Origin: Eledone cirrhosa
Taxonomy: Eukaryota
Direction of reading: 5' to 3'
DNA: 64,000 bases
Assembly: GCA_964016885.1 (NCBI GenBank)
Contig: OZ024745.1
Location: forward strand, 87,854,001-87,918,000
Made by a program: the position numbers and the translations under genes. The notes below the pieces were generated by a model that saw only the letters and a list, made by a program, of their open reading frames with translations, was not told where the DNA came from and ran no database searches. Numbering within the stretch: position 1 is the stretch's first letter; each line of letters starts with the position of its first letter. Below are positions 25,179-39,222 of the stretch, in pieces.

Positions 25179-26099
25179 ATGATGATAATAATAATAAAAA
25201 CCAATATTTACAAGGAAACAAATTACTTGTGGGGCATAACATTGTTTCACGATGAATTAGAAAAAATCACATTTCTTTACATTACAAGTCTAATCATTTC
25301 CTATGACTTTAAATCCATTCAATAAAAATAAATGTATGTTAATGCATTTTAGCAGAGGGATGTGTGGTTGATATGTAAACGAATGGCATCTATCATTAAT
25401 TAGTCATATTATGTTCCAAAGCATAGAAAATGTGTCATATATACTAGCTCCGGCTTTCTGTAATCTGTTCTTTAGTCTTAGTTTTTAGTAATATTTTTAG
25501 TAATAATATTTGAGAACGTAAATTAAATAGTTTCTTCCTAAATGAAAGTGGCATTACTTTGATTGTGATATCACAGGCGACCGTAAATGTATACATTCAC
25601 AGGTGCCTCGGCGCCTGCATACGTGCTCACACACGCTCACATACACCCACATATACATTCATACTCAAATTGAGCTCCACACCTCAGTGATATTTATAGA
25701 TAAAATGTAATTTAAGTGGAGACGCACACACACATATATTTATATTGGAAACCTTTTACGTTGGCTAGCAGTTCTTCTCTCCAACGAAACCCAGTTTCAC
25801 ACATGACAAACACCAGAAATGTAGTTTTGCTCCTTCAGGTGATACTGTGAATGTACAAAAAGGGCGGAAGGCGCGCTTTTAAGGTTAATTCTCACTTAAG
25901 TCAATCACATTAAAATCTTCAAACAATTTCTAACTGCAGGAAAATCTAAAAACAAGAACGTATAGCAAGGAACAGAAGACTCACTTATTCTCCCACCCAA
26001 AATACATATTAAATAAGTTCTCCAAACGTAATTTAGGAAGAGGTAGTACACATATTTTCAACGATACCAACATAAAAACCAGAAGCATTATGAGACTAT

Positions 26100-27660
26100 A
26101 CCAATGTATATGCAATGGCGTCGCTATCAAGGAGTTCCACTGTAATACAGACAAAGCAACTTCTGGATGTTATCCTTCCATATCAAAATCCATCTTCCTG
26201 AAGTCTTTGCTAGGATATCGTCTGGGAATTTACCAGAATTATCGATTCCAACACCGGGGTCATAATTAACGTTATGTAGTCATAATATAGCGATTCTCAC
26301 TGGGTCAAACCTAGAGTGAGCCTCTCCGTGAAATTTTCACTGGAACTGGTAATGTAACTAAGTCAACGAATTTGGTAGAATTATTTATATTTGATACTCT
26401 CAAAACAGCACACCAGACTCTATATTTATGAACTACACAGAGACGAAGGTTTAGTAATCTTTTAAAATGTGGATAACTACATTATAGTTAGATTCTAGGA
26501 TATAATAGGAATATAAACCTTTAATAAGAATATTTTAGGATTAAATAGGAATATTTAATATTGAACATAGCCAATAGCATTAATTGTTAGCTAACTTCAT
26601 AACCATGAGATTAGATATAAACACGTATAAACACGACCCCGACCAAAGGCCAAGTGAGGACACCATTTACATCTACAAAAAACTATCTCTTGGCCATAAT
26701 TAAGACCATTGTGAACAGAATAATTTCGAGGGACTTTGATTAAGCTGTGATATATTTATCACAGCAGTCCTATATTGGGGAAAATTTACTGAAAAATTAC
26801 TTTGTGGATAGAATAGAAGCATGGAGAAGAAATTGATTTATTTTAATCAATGGAACATCCTAAATATCCTCAGGAATATAACCAAATATTTCCTAATTCT
26901 AATAAGACAGCATTTCACACCCACTTATAGTTACTATAACCTCTTTAACCCACACAATTTAAGATTATTTATTCATGTATGGACAACATCGCAGATCATA
27001 TATTCCTATAGGAAGCACAATCTAACACAGTCATCATCCAATGAACCTAGCTGTGAACATTATTCTACGTGTTTACTTAGAGGATGTTGTCTCTATTAAA
27101 TCGTTATACATTGAGCTATCATAATGCCTTCGGACGGCAGAAAACGGTCAAATTGACAATACATTCAAGGGTGTCTTCGTTCAACATTTTCACACATTCT
27201 GATGAAGGAATGGGGAAAATGTAATGTCTAAATCCCAATTCGTATTTGAACTCAGGCAACAAAGACCGCCATGCCTTCCAATGATATACAACTTCATACT
27301 TTAATGAGATTCAGAATTAGAGAATATGCCCAAGAAGAAATATTCAGATCTTGATGTAACATGCGAATCTCTTAAGTAGAAATTACAAGTGCCAACAGGT
27401 AATGTCCTTCTTTGCAGACATCTTCCAAAATCTCCAACCAGCCTCGAGCATAATTGCCCATGGAGACAACAATAGTCAGTAATACACGGACATTGACTGT
27501 AAACCAGGATATGTCCGGTCATGTAACTAGGGTTAGTAAATAAAAGTCGACTTTATAGGTGCGACTACAGACCTAAGAGCTTCCTCGTATTTTACATCCA
27601 CAATATCATCTGACAGATCTCCATTAAATACCTCTCCAGAGTACGTCTGGGAACATCCGA
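26100..27660 (+). pseudogene. Possible highly decayed Ty3/Gypsy pol remnant
   Basis: Faint motifs in the expected order across frames: TPG..NVM, GLVI..KC..VRF(L)GY, YLLAIIKTI, ISSDR. No intact ORF. Confidence 0.3.
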
Positions 27661-27771
27661 GTAAAGGTAGAGTGAACTACTGATTAGATTCCAATAAATA
27701 GAAACATTAGTTTATGTATTGAGAGTTCATTTCTTTCATCTGTAGACAGAAACATATATATATATATATAT

Positions 27772-27965
27772 GAAAATGTATGACCCTGACGGCAGAGCTC
27801 AAGCCGTTTCGATGGGTATATCTGGACTAATAGAAATAGCCCTCGAAACGGCTTGAGCTCTGCCGTCGGGGTCATACTTTTTCCTATTACCCACTCTACT
27901 ACCCTAAGTATTGAGTACTCTGGTGCGTTATGGTCTATCTGGTTCCTTATCACAACTCCTTGATT
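27772..27965. mobile_element. Head-to-head foldback of the 890-family PLE 3' end
   Basis: Both arms carry GAAACGGC..GCCGTC; the junction (~27828-27832) falls in HHR stem II. Confidence 0.8.
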
Positions 27966-28110
27966 ATATATATATATTGTTATACTGTGGGAGGGTCATG
28001 TTGCCAATAAGAAGCACACGCACCAGTTGTTTCACTTCAATTTATTATAATAAATTTATAAATTTCCGGTTGGTTGGCTGGTTCCACAACCAGATGGTTG
28101 TTTATATATT

Positions 28111-28153
28111 GTCAAAGTTCTTTCGTCACACATTCTGTGACTTCTTCAGTGAC
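28111..28153 (-). ncRNA. Minimal hammerhead ribozyme
   Basis: gtca CTGAAGA A-GTCAC agaatgt GTGAC GAAA G aa C TT tgac. Confidence 0.75.
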
Positions 28154-28275
28154 TGGGGATTCTTTTGATTTTTTTTTGTTTTTTGTGCCTCTCCTTTGTT
28201 CTGTCCTATGCCATCTTCAAGATGGCGTAGGACAGAACAAAGGAGAGGCACAAAAAACAAATAAAATAATCCCCA

Positions 28276-28318
28276 GTCACTGAAGAGGTCACAGAATGTG
28301 TGACGAAGGAACTTTGAC
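28276..28318 (+). ncRNA. Minimal hammerhead ribozyme (GAAA mutated to GAAG)
   Basis: gtca CTGAAGA G-GTCAC agaatgt GTGAC GAAG GAAC TT tgac. Confidence 0.6.
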
Positions 28319-28534
28319 AATATATAAACAACCATCTGGTTGTAGAACCAACCAACCGGAAATTTATAAATTCCTAAATTTATAAATGTATTATAATAAA
28401 TTGAAGTGAAAGTTTCTGGTGCGTGTGTTTCTTATTGGCAACATGACCCTCCCAAAGTATAACAATATCGGTTTCAACACACGTTTTTAGATAAAGAATC
28501 TTGCTATACGAATTCAGAAACGAAATATATATAT

Positions 28535-29525
<991 letters not shown>

Positions 29526-29636
29526 CTGTGATGTAAAATCCCGACCGCGACGCCACTCGGTTTCGACTTGTGTGTTCAGTAAGCCTCTTTTAGCCCCGCA
29601 CGCTCTTTCTCTCTATCCCCCCTCTCACTCTCTCTC

Positions 29637-29722
<86 letters not shown>

Positions 29723-30735
29723 TTGTATTAATGTGGGTATTAATACATACATACTATATATCTCTTTAGATATAGCAAATGTGGGGTTGAAATATCAGTT
29801 TTATAATCAAGGGTATTTTCCTGTTTTAAAAACCAAATATTATACTGAATATAAAAATAGCGCTTGGTAGAAACCAAACCGTTGTTAACGCCTCATTCAT
29901 TGACATCGTAATGTATATATTTCTAAGCCATAAAATCACCGAGAATCAGTGCTTTCATGTTAATACTTTTATGCACAATAAACTTGTAGTTTTGAATTTT
30001 CTGCATTGTCACTTATGCATACTGTTTATTCGAATCAGCCCTACTATCTTTAATAGTAAAATCTAAGACTAGTTATTTGATAAATTGATTTCATTTTTTC
30101 TTATCTACAAGTAAACCCAGGACGTGCAACTCTATGATCAAATCTGTAGCAGCTCTGACTGGCATTTCATTTGGCTGGTACAGACTTCCCAAAGCTAAAC
30201 TTAAGTATAAATATGAGGTCACACATTTTCACCAGTGTTCCGTACATATATATAAAGCCAGTGTGAAGGCAACCTTCCTTCCCTTACAAAAAGCCTGTTA
30301 GATGGAAACTAACCCACATTTTCTTTAGCATTGTTTCTTAACTGCAGGCATTGTTGCCTAGCCGCAGTTTAGCTTGATGCAGGAGAACTATGACGATAAA
30401 CGATAAATATATATGATATTCCCGTGTTATCTTTTTCTTTTCAGTATTATATTCAGTGTTTTAAGGACTACATTACGCAATGCATTCTCCTTGTTAACGA
30501 GAGTAGGATTTGATTTGATGGACATTTTGCTGCGAGTGACCGTGGTAAACTAGTCATTTCTTGCCTCAAATGACTAGTTAGATACATCATCGCATGAATA
30601 GTCATTTCTCGTTTTGAATTTTACGGCAAAGTTTAAATTCTCGAAATTGTGTCTTTGCTTATGGCTTGAGCTTTCTAACAATACCGCGAAGGCATGGATA
30701 TCATTGTGAGTTGACATTTATTATTTAGAGATGAA

Positions 30736-30808
<73 letters not shown>

Positions 30809-30937
30809 GTTATATTTAATTTGTTGGGATACAACAAGCAAAATATTTTTATAACTGATTTAAAGCACTCAACAAATTATTGGAGTAAATATACAATATA
30901 TTAACGAATGGAAACTATATTTATAAAACCATATTTA

Positions 30938-30998
30938 TTTCATTGTACATATTTCAAGGGACACCTCAGCAAACTATGGTGCGCTTTCTTCAGATAAA
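30938..30998 (-). ncRNA. Degenerate hammerhead ribozyme
   Basis: tttat CTGAAGA AAGCGCACC..GGTGTCCCTT GAAA TATGTA CA atgaaa; diverged relative of 31516-31571, with the cleavage-site U replaced. Confidence 0.5.
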
Positions 30999-31027
30999 CT
31001 ATAATATAGGTTAGTTTTATAAATAAA

Positions 31028-31115
31028 TATTGACATACCCTTAAAAAATGCAACCATTCTGGTTGGAATATCCTCAAGATTCCAACCAGAATGGTTGCAT
31101 TTTTTAAGGGAATGT

Positions 31116-31120
<5 letters not shown>
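31028..31120. repeat. Palindrome
   Basis: tattgacatacccttaaaaaatgcaaccattctggttggaat followed by its inverse. Confidence 0.9.
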
Positions 31121-31171
<51 letters not shown>

Positions 31172-31180
31172 AAGAGATAT

Positions 31181-31230
31181 TTATAAGCATCTATATTTGT
31201 TGGAAATCCAACAAATATAGATGCTTATAA
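31181..31230. repeat. Palindrome
   Basis: ttataagcatctatatttgttgga-aa-tccaacaaatatagatgcttataa. Confidence 0.9.
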
Positions 31231-31271
31231 CTGATTCAGACCACTCGACAGATTTCTGGAGTAAGTATTCA

Positions 31272-31616
31272 ATGATATGAAATAAATGGAAACTAAATTT
31301 ATAAAACCATATTTATTCTATTATATATTTCAAGGGTACCAACAATTTTGGTACGCTATCATCAGATAAAAAACAAAATGTTCTATAAATATTTGACATG
31401 ATCAAGCATAATATACCTTAACGGTTCAAGTTATTCCTGGAAAGTCCAGGGATAACTTGAATAGTTAAGGTATATTATCCTTGGTCATGTCAAATATTTA
31501 TAGAACATTTTATTTTTTATCTGATGATAGCGTACCAAAATTGTTGGTACCCCTGAAATATATATAATAGAATAAATATGGTTTTATAAATATAGTTTCC
31601 ATTTATTTAATATCAT

Positions 31617-31617
<1 letters not shown>
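31272..31617. mobile_element. Palindromic HHR-bearing non-coding element
   Basis: Arms inverted around cctgg-aaagt-ccagg (~31443); HHR at 31317-31370 (-) and 31516-31571 (+). Confidence 0.8.
31516..31571 (+). ncRNA. Type-I hammerhead ribozyme
   Basis: tttat CTGATGA TAG-CGTACC..GGTAC-CCCT GAAA TATATA TA ataga; mirrored at 31317-31370. Confidence 0.7.
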
Positions 31618-31687
<70 letters not shown>

Positions 31688-31817
31688 GTGAGGTTCTTTA
31701 AACAAAATGAAAAATAACCGAGATGTCCTACACGAGTGAAAGTATAAAGAAAAAGAGATGAAATCGAAAATGCAACTGAAGTCTTATTTAAAAAAAAAAA
31801 TATATATTTATTTGGTT

Positions 31818-31855
31818 CCTTTACCGGTTTCGCAGTTCTTCTGCTTTTCAAAAGG
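31818..31855 (-). ncRNA. Minimal hammerhead ribozyme, U3-A8 core (left arm)
   Basis: Exact reverse complement of 34417-34454. Confidence 0.75.
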
Positions 31856-32377
31856 TGAGTTGAGGTGGAGGGTCTGTGGTTTTTCTCACATCTGGTTGGT
31901 CTCTGAATGTTACTTGTTTTATATAGAAAAAGTGGCTCGAAATTCCAGGTTTTTCGAGAAGTAATTTGATTGGTTTGTCAATAATTATAATAAATTTCGC
32001 GCCACTTCGTGTTACAATAGTTCTTCAAATAAGAGAGGGGGGGGGTTGTCACAGGTTGTTTTTTCATATATGAGTGTTTGAATTTCTTTTTACTTGAAAA
32101 AAGGAGGCTCACGAAGGCTTTTTTTTGGTTGGTTATAAATGAAATTTGGCTGTCACGTGAACAAGTTTTTATTACATTTTTGCGCCCTTATTTGGAAAAC
32201 TATTCTGTAGTCTTTATAGTGAATGTTATGACAATGGAGAGATAGTGGTCAAGAGAAAAGGGATTGGGAGAAATGTTCTGGTTCAGTGAATATGGCCAGC
32301 TCGCCGGGGTGTCAGAGTTCAGATTTTCTATTGAGACTGAAGATATGTATGTTTATTTGTGTGCTTGTGTGTGTGTA

Positions 32378-32410
<33 letters not shown>

Positions 32411-32655
32411 ATTGGAAGATGATTCTATTAGTAGAGATGGGGGAGGGAGTTGTGTGTGTGTGTATATGGGTGTTATGTGTGTGTGTGCGAGTATGTGGAG
32501 AGAATATATATTTTGTGTGTGTGTATATATATATGTGTGTAGGAAAGTGGTTCTATTAGTAGAAATGGGGAGGGAGTTGTAGGTGTGGGGGTTGTTATGT
32601 GTGTGTATGGGTGTTATGTGTGTGGGAGTATGGTTAGCATGTTAAGATGAAGAGA

Positions 32656-32686
<31 letters not shown>

Positions 32687-33833
32687 TGTGTGTGTATGTG
32701 TGTGTGTAGGAAAGTGATTCCTTTAGTAGGAATATTTTTGAATGAACATATTTTCCTTACTTTTTCGCATTTGTTCTGTTGTATTGTTAGCGCAAAGGTA
32801 AAATGGGAAGACTTGGAATTTGGGTGTTTTATTACTTGCGCAAATGTCTAGATGTGCACTTAGTGGTATCTGTCTCGTGGTTGGATCTCGTGATTGTTGG
32901 CGATGAACTGTCATTCTGTTTCTGAGTGTGAGTTTAGTTTGTCCTATATAATCTTCATTGCATCCTTTACATTTAATGGCATAAAGTAGATTTTTTGATG
33001 AGCAAGTGAAGTGATTTTTTACAGTAAAATGTTGTCCTGATTTAAATGTATATGTGTTGCCTTCAATGAGGTGAGTGCAGGTTCCACAATTAGAGCGACC
33101 ACATTTTTTGATACTTGAAACAGAATGACAGTTCATCAGAAACAGAATGACAGTTCATCGCCAACAATTACGAGATCCAACCACGAGACAGATACCACTA
33201 AGTGCATATCTAGACATTTGCGCAAGTAATAAAACACCCGAATTCCAAGTCTTCCCATTTTACCTTTGCGCTAACAATACAACAGAAAAAATGCGAATAA
33301 ATAAGGAAAATATGTTTATTCAAAAATATAGACCAACATTAAATAAGGTTTAATATACATTATGTCAACACCACAATATGACATAAACACACACACATAA
33401 CACCTTCTACTTTAGAAAATAAAAACCCGAACTGAATAAACCTTAACATACGTTTGCACTGGCAATACAACAGTAAACACGAAAAAGTAAGGAAAATATG
33501 TTCATTCAAAAATATTCCTACTAAAGGAATCACTTTCCTACACACACACATACACACACACACAATATATATATATATATATATATATTCTCTTCATCTT
33601 AACATGCTAACCATACTCCCACACACATAACACCCATACACACACATAACAACCCCCACACCTACAACTCCCTCCCCATTTCTACTAATAGAACCACTTT
33701 CCTACACACATATATATATACACACACACAAAATATATATTCTCTCCATCTTAACATACTCGCACACACACACATAACACCCATATACACACACAACTCC
33801 CTCCCCCATCTCTACTAATAGAATCATCTTCCA

Positions 33834-33894
<61 letters not shown>

Positions 33895-34416
33895 TACACA
33901 CACACAAGCACACAAATAAACATACATATCTTCAGTTTCAATAGAAAATCTGAACTCTGACACCCGGCGAGCTGGCCATATTCACTGAACCAGAACATTT
34001 CTCCCAATCCCCTTTCTCTTGACCACTATCTCTCCATTGTCATAACATTCACTATAAAGACTACAGAATAGTTTTCCAAATAAGGGCGCAAAAATGTAAT
34101 AAAAACTTGTTCACGTGACAGCCAAATTTCATTTATAACCAACCCCAAAAAAGCCTTCGTGAGCCTCCTTTTTTCAAGTAAAAAGAACTTCAAACACTCA
34201 TATATGAAAAAAACAACCTGTGACAACCCCCACCCTCTCTTATTTGAAGAACTATTGTAACACGAACTGGCGCGAAATTTATTATAATTATTGACAAACC
34301 AATCAAATTACTTCTCAAAAAACCTGGAATTTCGAGCCACTTTTTACATATAAAACAAGTAACATTCAGAGACCAACCAGATGTGAGAAAAACCACAGAC
34401 CCTCCATCTCAACTCA

Positions 34417-34454
34417 CCTTTTGAAAAGCAGAAGAACTGCGAAACCGGTAAAGG
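34417..34454 (+). ncRNA. Minimal hammerhead ribozyme, U3-A8 core (right arm)
   Basis: cctt TTGAAAA GCAG aagaa CTGC GAAA CCGG TA aagg; palindromic stem III, GUA triplet. Confidence 0.75.
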
Positions 34455-34524
34455 AACCAAATAAATATATATATATTTAAAAAAAAATAAAACTTCAGTT
34501 GCATTTTCGATTTCATCTCTTTTT

Positions 34525-34619
<95 letters not shown>

Positions 34620-34721
34620 GATATTAAATAAATGGAAACCATATTTATAAAACCATATTTATTCTATTATATATATTCAAGGGGACCAAAAATGTTGGCA
34701 TTATTTGTATATTATATTATA

Positions 34722-35120
34722 TGGTGGTGGATTGGCAGTATCGGTATAGGGTCAGACACCATGCTTTCCAGCATAGTTACGTCCCTTTACGATCTGAGTT
34801 CAAATCCCGCCGAGGTTGACTTTGCCTTTCATCCTTACGGGGTCGATAAAATAAAAGTACCAGTAATGCTCTGGGTAATTGCTGGCCTTGTGCCTAAAGT
34901 AGAAACAATTATTTGTATATTATATTATTAGGGCGGTGGATTGGCAGTATCGGTAGAGGGTCGTAGCTATGCTTTCCAGCATAGTTACGTCCCTTTACGA
35001 TCTGAGTTCAAATCCCGCCGAGGTTGACTTTGCCTTTCATCCTTACGGGGTCGATAAAATAAAAGTACCAGTAATGCACTGGGTAATTGCTGGCCTTATG
35101 CCTAAAGTAGAAACAATTAT
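34722..35120 (+). mobile_element. Two tandem tRNA-derived SINE copies
   Basis: Copies at ~34722 and ~34930, each preceded by attatttgtatattatatta. Confidence 0.85.
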
Positions 35121-35534
35121 TTGTAAATAGTCGTTAAGACTATCGTCTTTGTTCATTTTTTAATGTCCATTGAGTACTAGCGCCAGTTGTATTGACCTTA
35201 AATTATCGAAATAACCAATCCCTTAACTTATGAGATGATACTACTATCTGTATTCGTTCATTTTCCTGTCTTCGCCCATATTTTTTATTCATTATATATA
35301 TGCTGTGCCGAAGCATGGCCTAGAGCCGGATGGCTGGAACAGGTAATATACATACATACATATATATATGCGATTGTTAAATAATAAATAAATCAACTAA
35401 TACCTTAACACTTCACACAAAGTAAAACATTTCGTTTTAATCATTTTCTAACCCAGAAAAGAGAGAGAGAGAGAGACAAAAAAGGGAAGAAAATATATTT
35501 GTCTTCCTCATAATCATCTCTTTCTCCCTGTTTT

Positions 35535-35612
<78 letters not shown>

Positions 35613-35649
35613 AATATATGTATATATAGTAATAATAATAATAATACTA

Positions 35650-35897
35650 GTAATAATAATAAATCTGAGGGCTCGATCTCGATAAGGATAAATATATATA
35701 AGAACCCTAGAGCAGACATTTATTAAAATAACATATTAAAATTTAAGCAAAGAATCGGTGCCTTCAAATTTAACGTGATCTTTCAGAACATCCCGTTAAA
35801 GGTGAATATGGGTGAAAGCAGCGATTCTTTGCTTAAACTTCAATCTGTTATTTTAATATATATATAATTATTAAAGTTTTAGTCTTCATGTTTATTA
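35650..35897. mobile_element. Foldback of the 3' end of the 61860-63920 PLE family
   Basis: Minus arm 35650-35780, plus arm 35780-35897, including gaaagcagcgattctttgcttaaac. Confidence 0.75.
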
Positions 35898-36577
<680 letters not shown>

Positions 36578-36616
36578 TTATTACTATAATATACTATAAT
36601 TTAATAATAGTAATAA

Positions 36617-36803
36617 TTGTTTCTACTTTAGGCACAAGGCCAGCAATTACCCAGTGTATTACTGGTACTTTATTTAATCGACCCCGTAAGGATGAAAGGC
36701 AAAGTCAACCTCGGCGGGATTTGAACTCAGATCATAAAGGGACGTAACTATGCTGGAAAGCATGGCGTCCGACCCTCCACTAATACTGCCAATCCACCGC
36801 CCT
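36617..36803 (-). mobile_element. tRNA-derived SINE
   Basis: Full copy with A and B boxes on the minus strand. Confidence 0.85.
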
Positions 36804-36830
36804 AATAATAGTATAATAATATACTATTAT

Positions 36831-36909
<79 letters not shown>

Positions 36910-36917
<8 letters not shown>

Positions 36918-37131
36918 AGAAAATTTTAAAATAATTTTAAAAAATCAACTTACTTACTAAAATTTAAGTAAGTTAATTTTTTTTTTTTTTTTTTTAATTT
37001 TCTTAATTTACGTCTTTTATATTATTGTTCTGCATCCTCCTGCATTGACCCACCTAGGTACTATGACATAACCTGTGTATTTGCTGGCATTAGCGTACAC
37101 CTGTACGCATATGTTAGTAGATATACTAAAT

Positions 37132-37135
<4 letters not shown>
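36910..37135. repeat. Unclassified dispersed repeat with short foldback; second copy at ~39692-39862
   Basis: tacgtcttt..gttctgcatcc..cacctaggtactatgacataac is shared by both loci, each flanked by microsatellites. Confidence 0.7.
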
Positions 37136-37168
<33 letters not shown>

Positions 37169-37201
37169 TATAGTAACAATAGTATATTATTATACTATTA
37201 T

Positions 37202-37244
<43 letters not shown>

Positions 37245-37274
37245 AATATGATAATAATGGAGCTGCGGTATATT

Positions 37275-37357
37275 TCTAAATTAATATAAGCTCAGAATCA
37301 TGAAAATTACGTTAATCTATTCAGAATTTGAATTGAGTTTGCTGTTCTTGAAATAAA

Positions 37358-37393
<36 letters not shown>

Positions 37394-37476
37394 TTTATTT
37401 CAAGAACAGCAAAGTCAATTCAAGTTCTGAATAGATTAACGTAATTTTCATGATTCTGAGCTTATATTAATTTAGA
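37275..37476. repeat. Palindrome with (TA)n at its centre
   Basis: ~88-bp arms (tctaaattaatataagctcagaatc..aaatgaa) inverted around a TA tract. Confidence 0.9.
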
Positions 37477-37824
37477 TTTTGATATATACTTTTGTCCATT
37501 AGATTAACTAAACCAATTTCCTAGAGAAATAATACGTATGCTCAAAACGGATGCAATGTCCTGGTATCAAGTGTCGTTCAGCGTATTAATATTGTTTATA
37601 CTTTATATTTGCAGTATGAAATTTATATATTGTAACATTAATTAATTGAAATTTATTTCATATAAAAATATATTGTATTTATTTACTATATATTGTATTT
37701 ATTTACTATTCTGAACATGTCGGTCTTTTAATAATAATACTATTACTAAAAATGTCTTTTATTCGTAATATACACCACACACACACACACATACACACTC
37801 ACAGACTCTCACACCAACACACAG

Positions 37825-37863
<39 letters not shown>

Positions 37864-38014
37864 GAACATATTTATATGTATACGTATTCTCTGCATATGC
37901 TGAAATAGTATGTATTTACAGGCATATATATATATACATATATATATATAAATATATATATATAAACACATACACATACACATACACACACACACTAACA
38001 TATATATATATATA

Positions 38015-38105
38015 TAACAAAGGAATTGTGGTAAGGAACTAGATGGACCATAACGCACCAGAGTACTCAAACGGCTTGAGCTCTGCCGCCCGGGTCATAC
38101 TTTTT

Positions 38106-38110
<5 letters not shown>
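38015..38110. mobile_element. Short inverted remnant of the 890-family PLE 3' end
   Basis: A minus-oriented piece (acaaaggaattgtggtaagg..gagtactcaa) joined to a plus-oriented piece (acggcttgagctctgcc..ggtcatac), between (TA)n tracts. Confidence 0.75.
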
Positions 38111-38152
<42 letters not shown>

Positions 38153-39035
38153 AAATCTCTTTAGAATCAAATCCTGGTGTAAATGTAAATGTAATTATTA
38201 TATTATCGACCACAACACTACTAGAACATTACACATTGCTTCAATGTATTTGCTTAAAACAAAGCAATTATCCATCTTATGACGCCAAATTGATGCTCTG
38301 AAACCTAACATCAATGAATCATACTTAACTTGATCTTTAGAACATGATCAGAAAATGTCTGATACGCCTCACTCTATCGCCTCATTGTTTTCAACACTAC
38401 TTGTTCTCGTTCTGTTTCATGTTTGTGTTTATGTTTAATTTTCTCCACTTGGTTCTTTCAGCCATATCATCAGAAGCTTCTCGCATTTCAGTGAAATATA
38501 TAGAGAGTGGGTCTTAAGTGGTGTACCAAATAGCGTGAGCTGTCGTGGAAAATGTCAGCAATTGGACTCAATCGATACCTTAAAACCACAGATGATTGGA
38601 TGATAAAAATATAAGTTTTGCTATTAATACAATATAATGATTTCTACTTGAGGCACAAGGCCAGTAATTTCAAGGGGAGGGGTAAGTCGATTAAATCCAC
38701 TCCAGTGCAGTCTTTTTATGCTTTAGTAACAAGTTTAGTAAAGTGTTTATTTATCAATTTATCTGAAAACATTAATTGTTCATTCTATTTGTTTATTAAA
38801 ACGTGTGCTTTTCACGATAGTTCAAAACATGTCCGCGTACAATAATTTTATGGCAATCATAATTTCTTCCTAATTTGCAATGTCGGCAGTTATTTATGCG
38901 TCAAATTATTTCTCCATCAACACCAATAAAAATTTCAGAGAAAGTGGAGTAAGAAAAATGAATATATTTTTTCTATAGTTAGTAGTAGTAGTAGTAGTAG
39001 TAGTAGTGGCAGTAGTAGTAGTGGATTACACTGTA

Positions 39036-39222
39036 ATGATTTCTAGTATAGGTGTAAGGCCAGTAATTTGAAGTGCATCACTGGTGTTTATTTTATCCAC
39101 TAAGTAAGGATGAAAGGGAAAGTTATCCTCGGTGGGATTTGAACTCAGACAGTAAAGGGCCGTATCTCTATGCTGCAAATCAAGGTGTCCGACTCTCTAC
39201 CGATACTGCCAATCACCGCTCT
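39036..39222 (-). mobile_element. tRNA-derived SINE (diverged)
   Basis: gggatttgaactcag..ccgatactgccaatc..ccgc; partial copy also at ~38638-38708. Confidence 0.75.

Larger units (their letters stand above)
27974..28468. mobile_element. ~495-bp palindromic non-coding element with one HHR per arm
   Basis: Arms are inverted copies around a centre at 28218 (ccatctt-c-aagatgg). Confidence 0.85.
31744..34528. mobile_element. ~2.8-kb head-to-head inverted PLE insertion: GIY-YIG 3' ends in the centre, ~1-kb 3' regions as arms
   Basis: ORFs 32723..33136 (-) and 33147..33353 (+) encode the same GIY-YIG C-terminus; 31744-32770 mirrors 33480-34528; (TA)n outside. Confidence 0.9.

Noticed and set aside
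31744-34528. Palindromes as assembly or chimeric-read artefacts
   Set aside because: Arms differ by substitutions and indels, and polarity is consistent relative to the HHRs. An artefact is unlikely but only long reads would exclude it.
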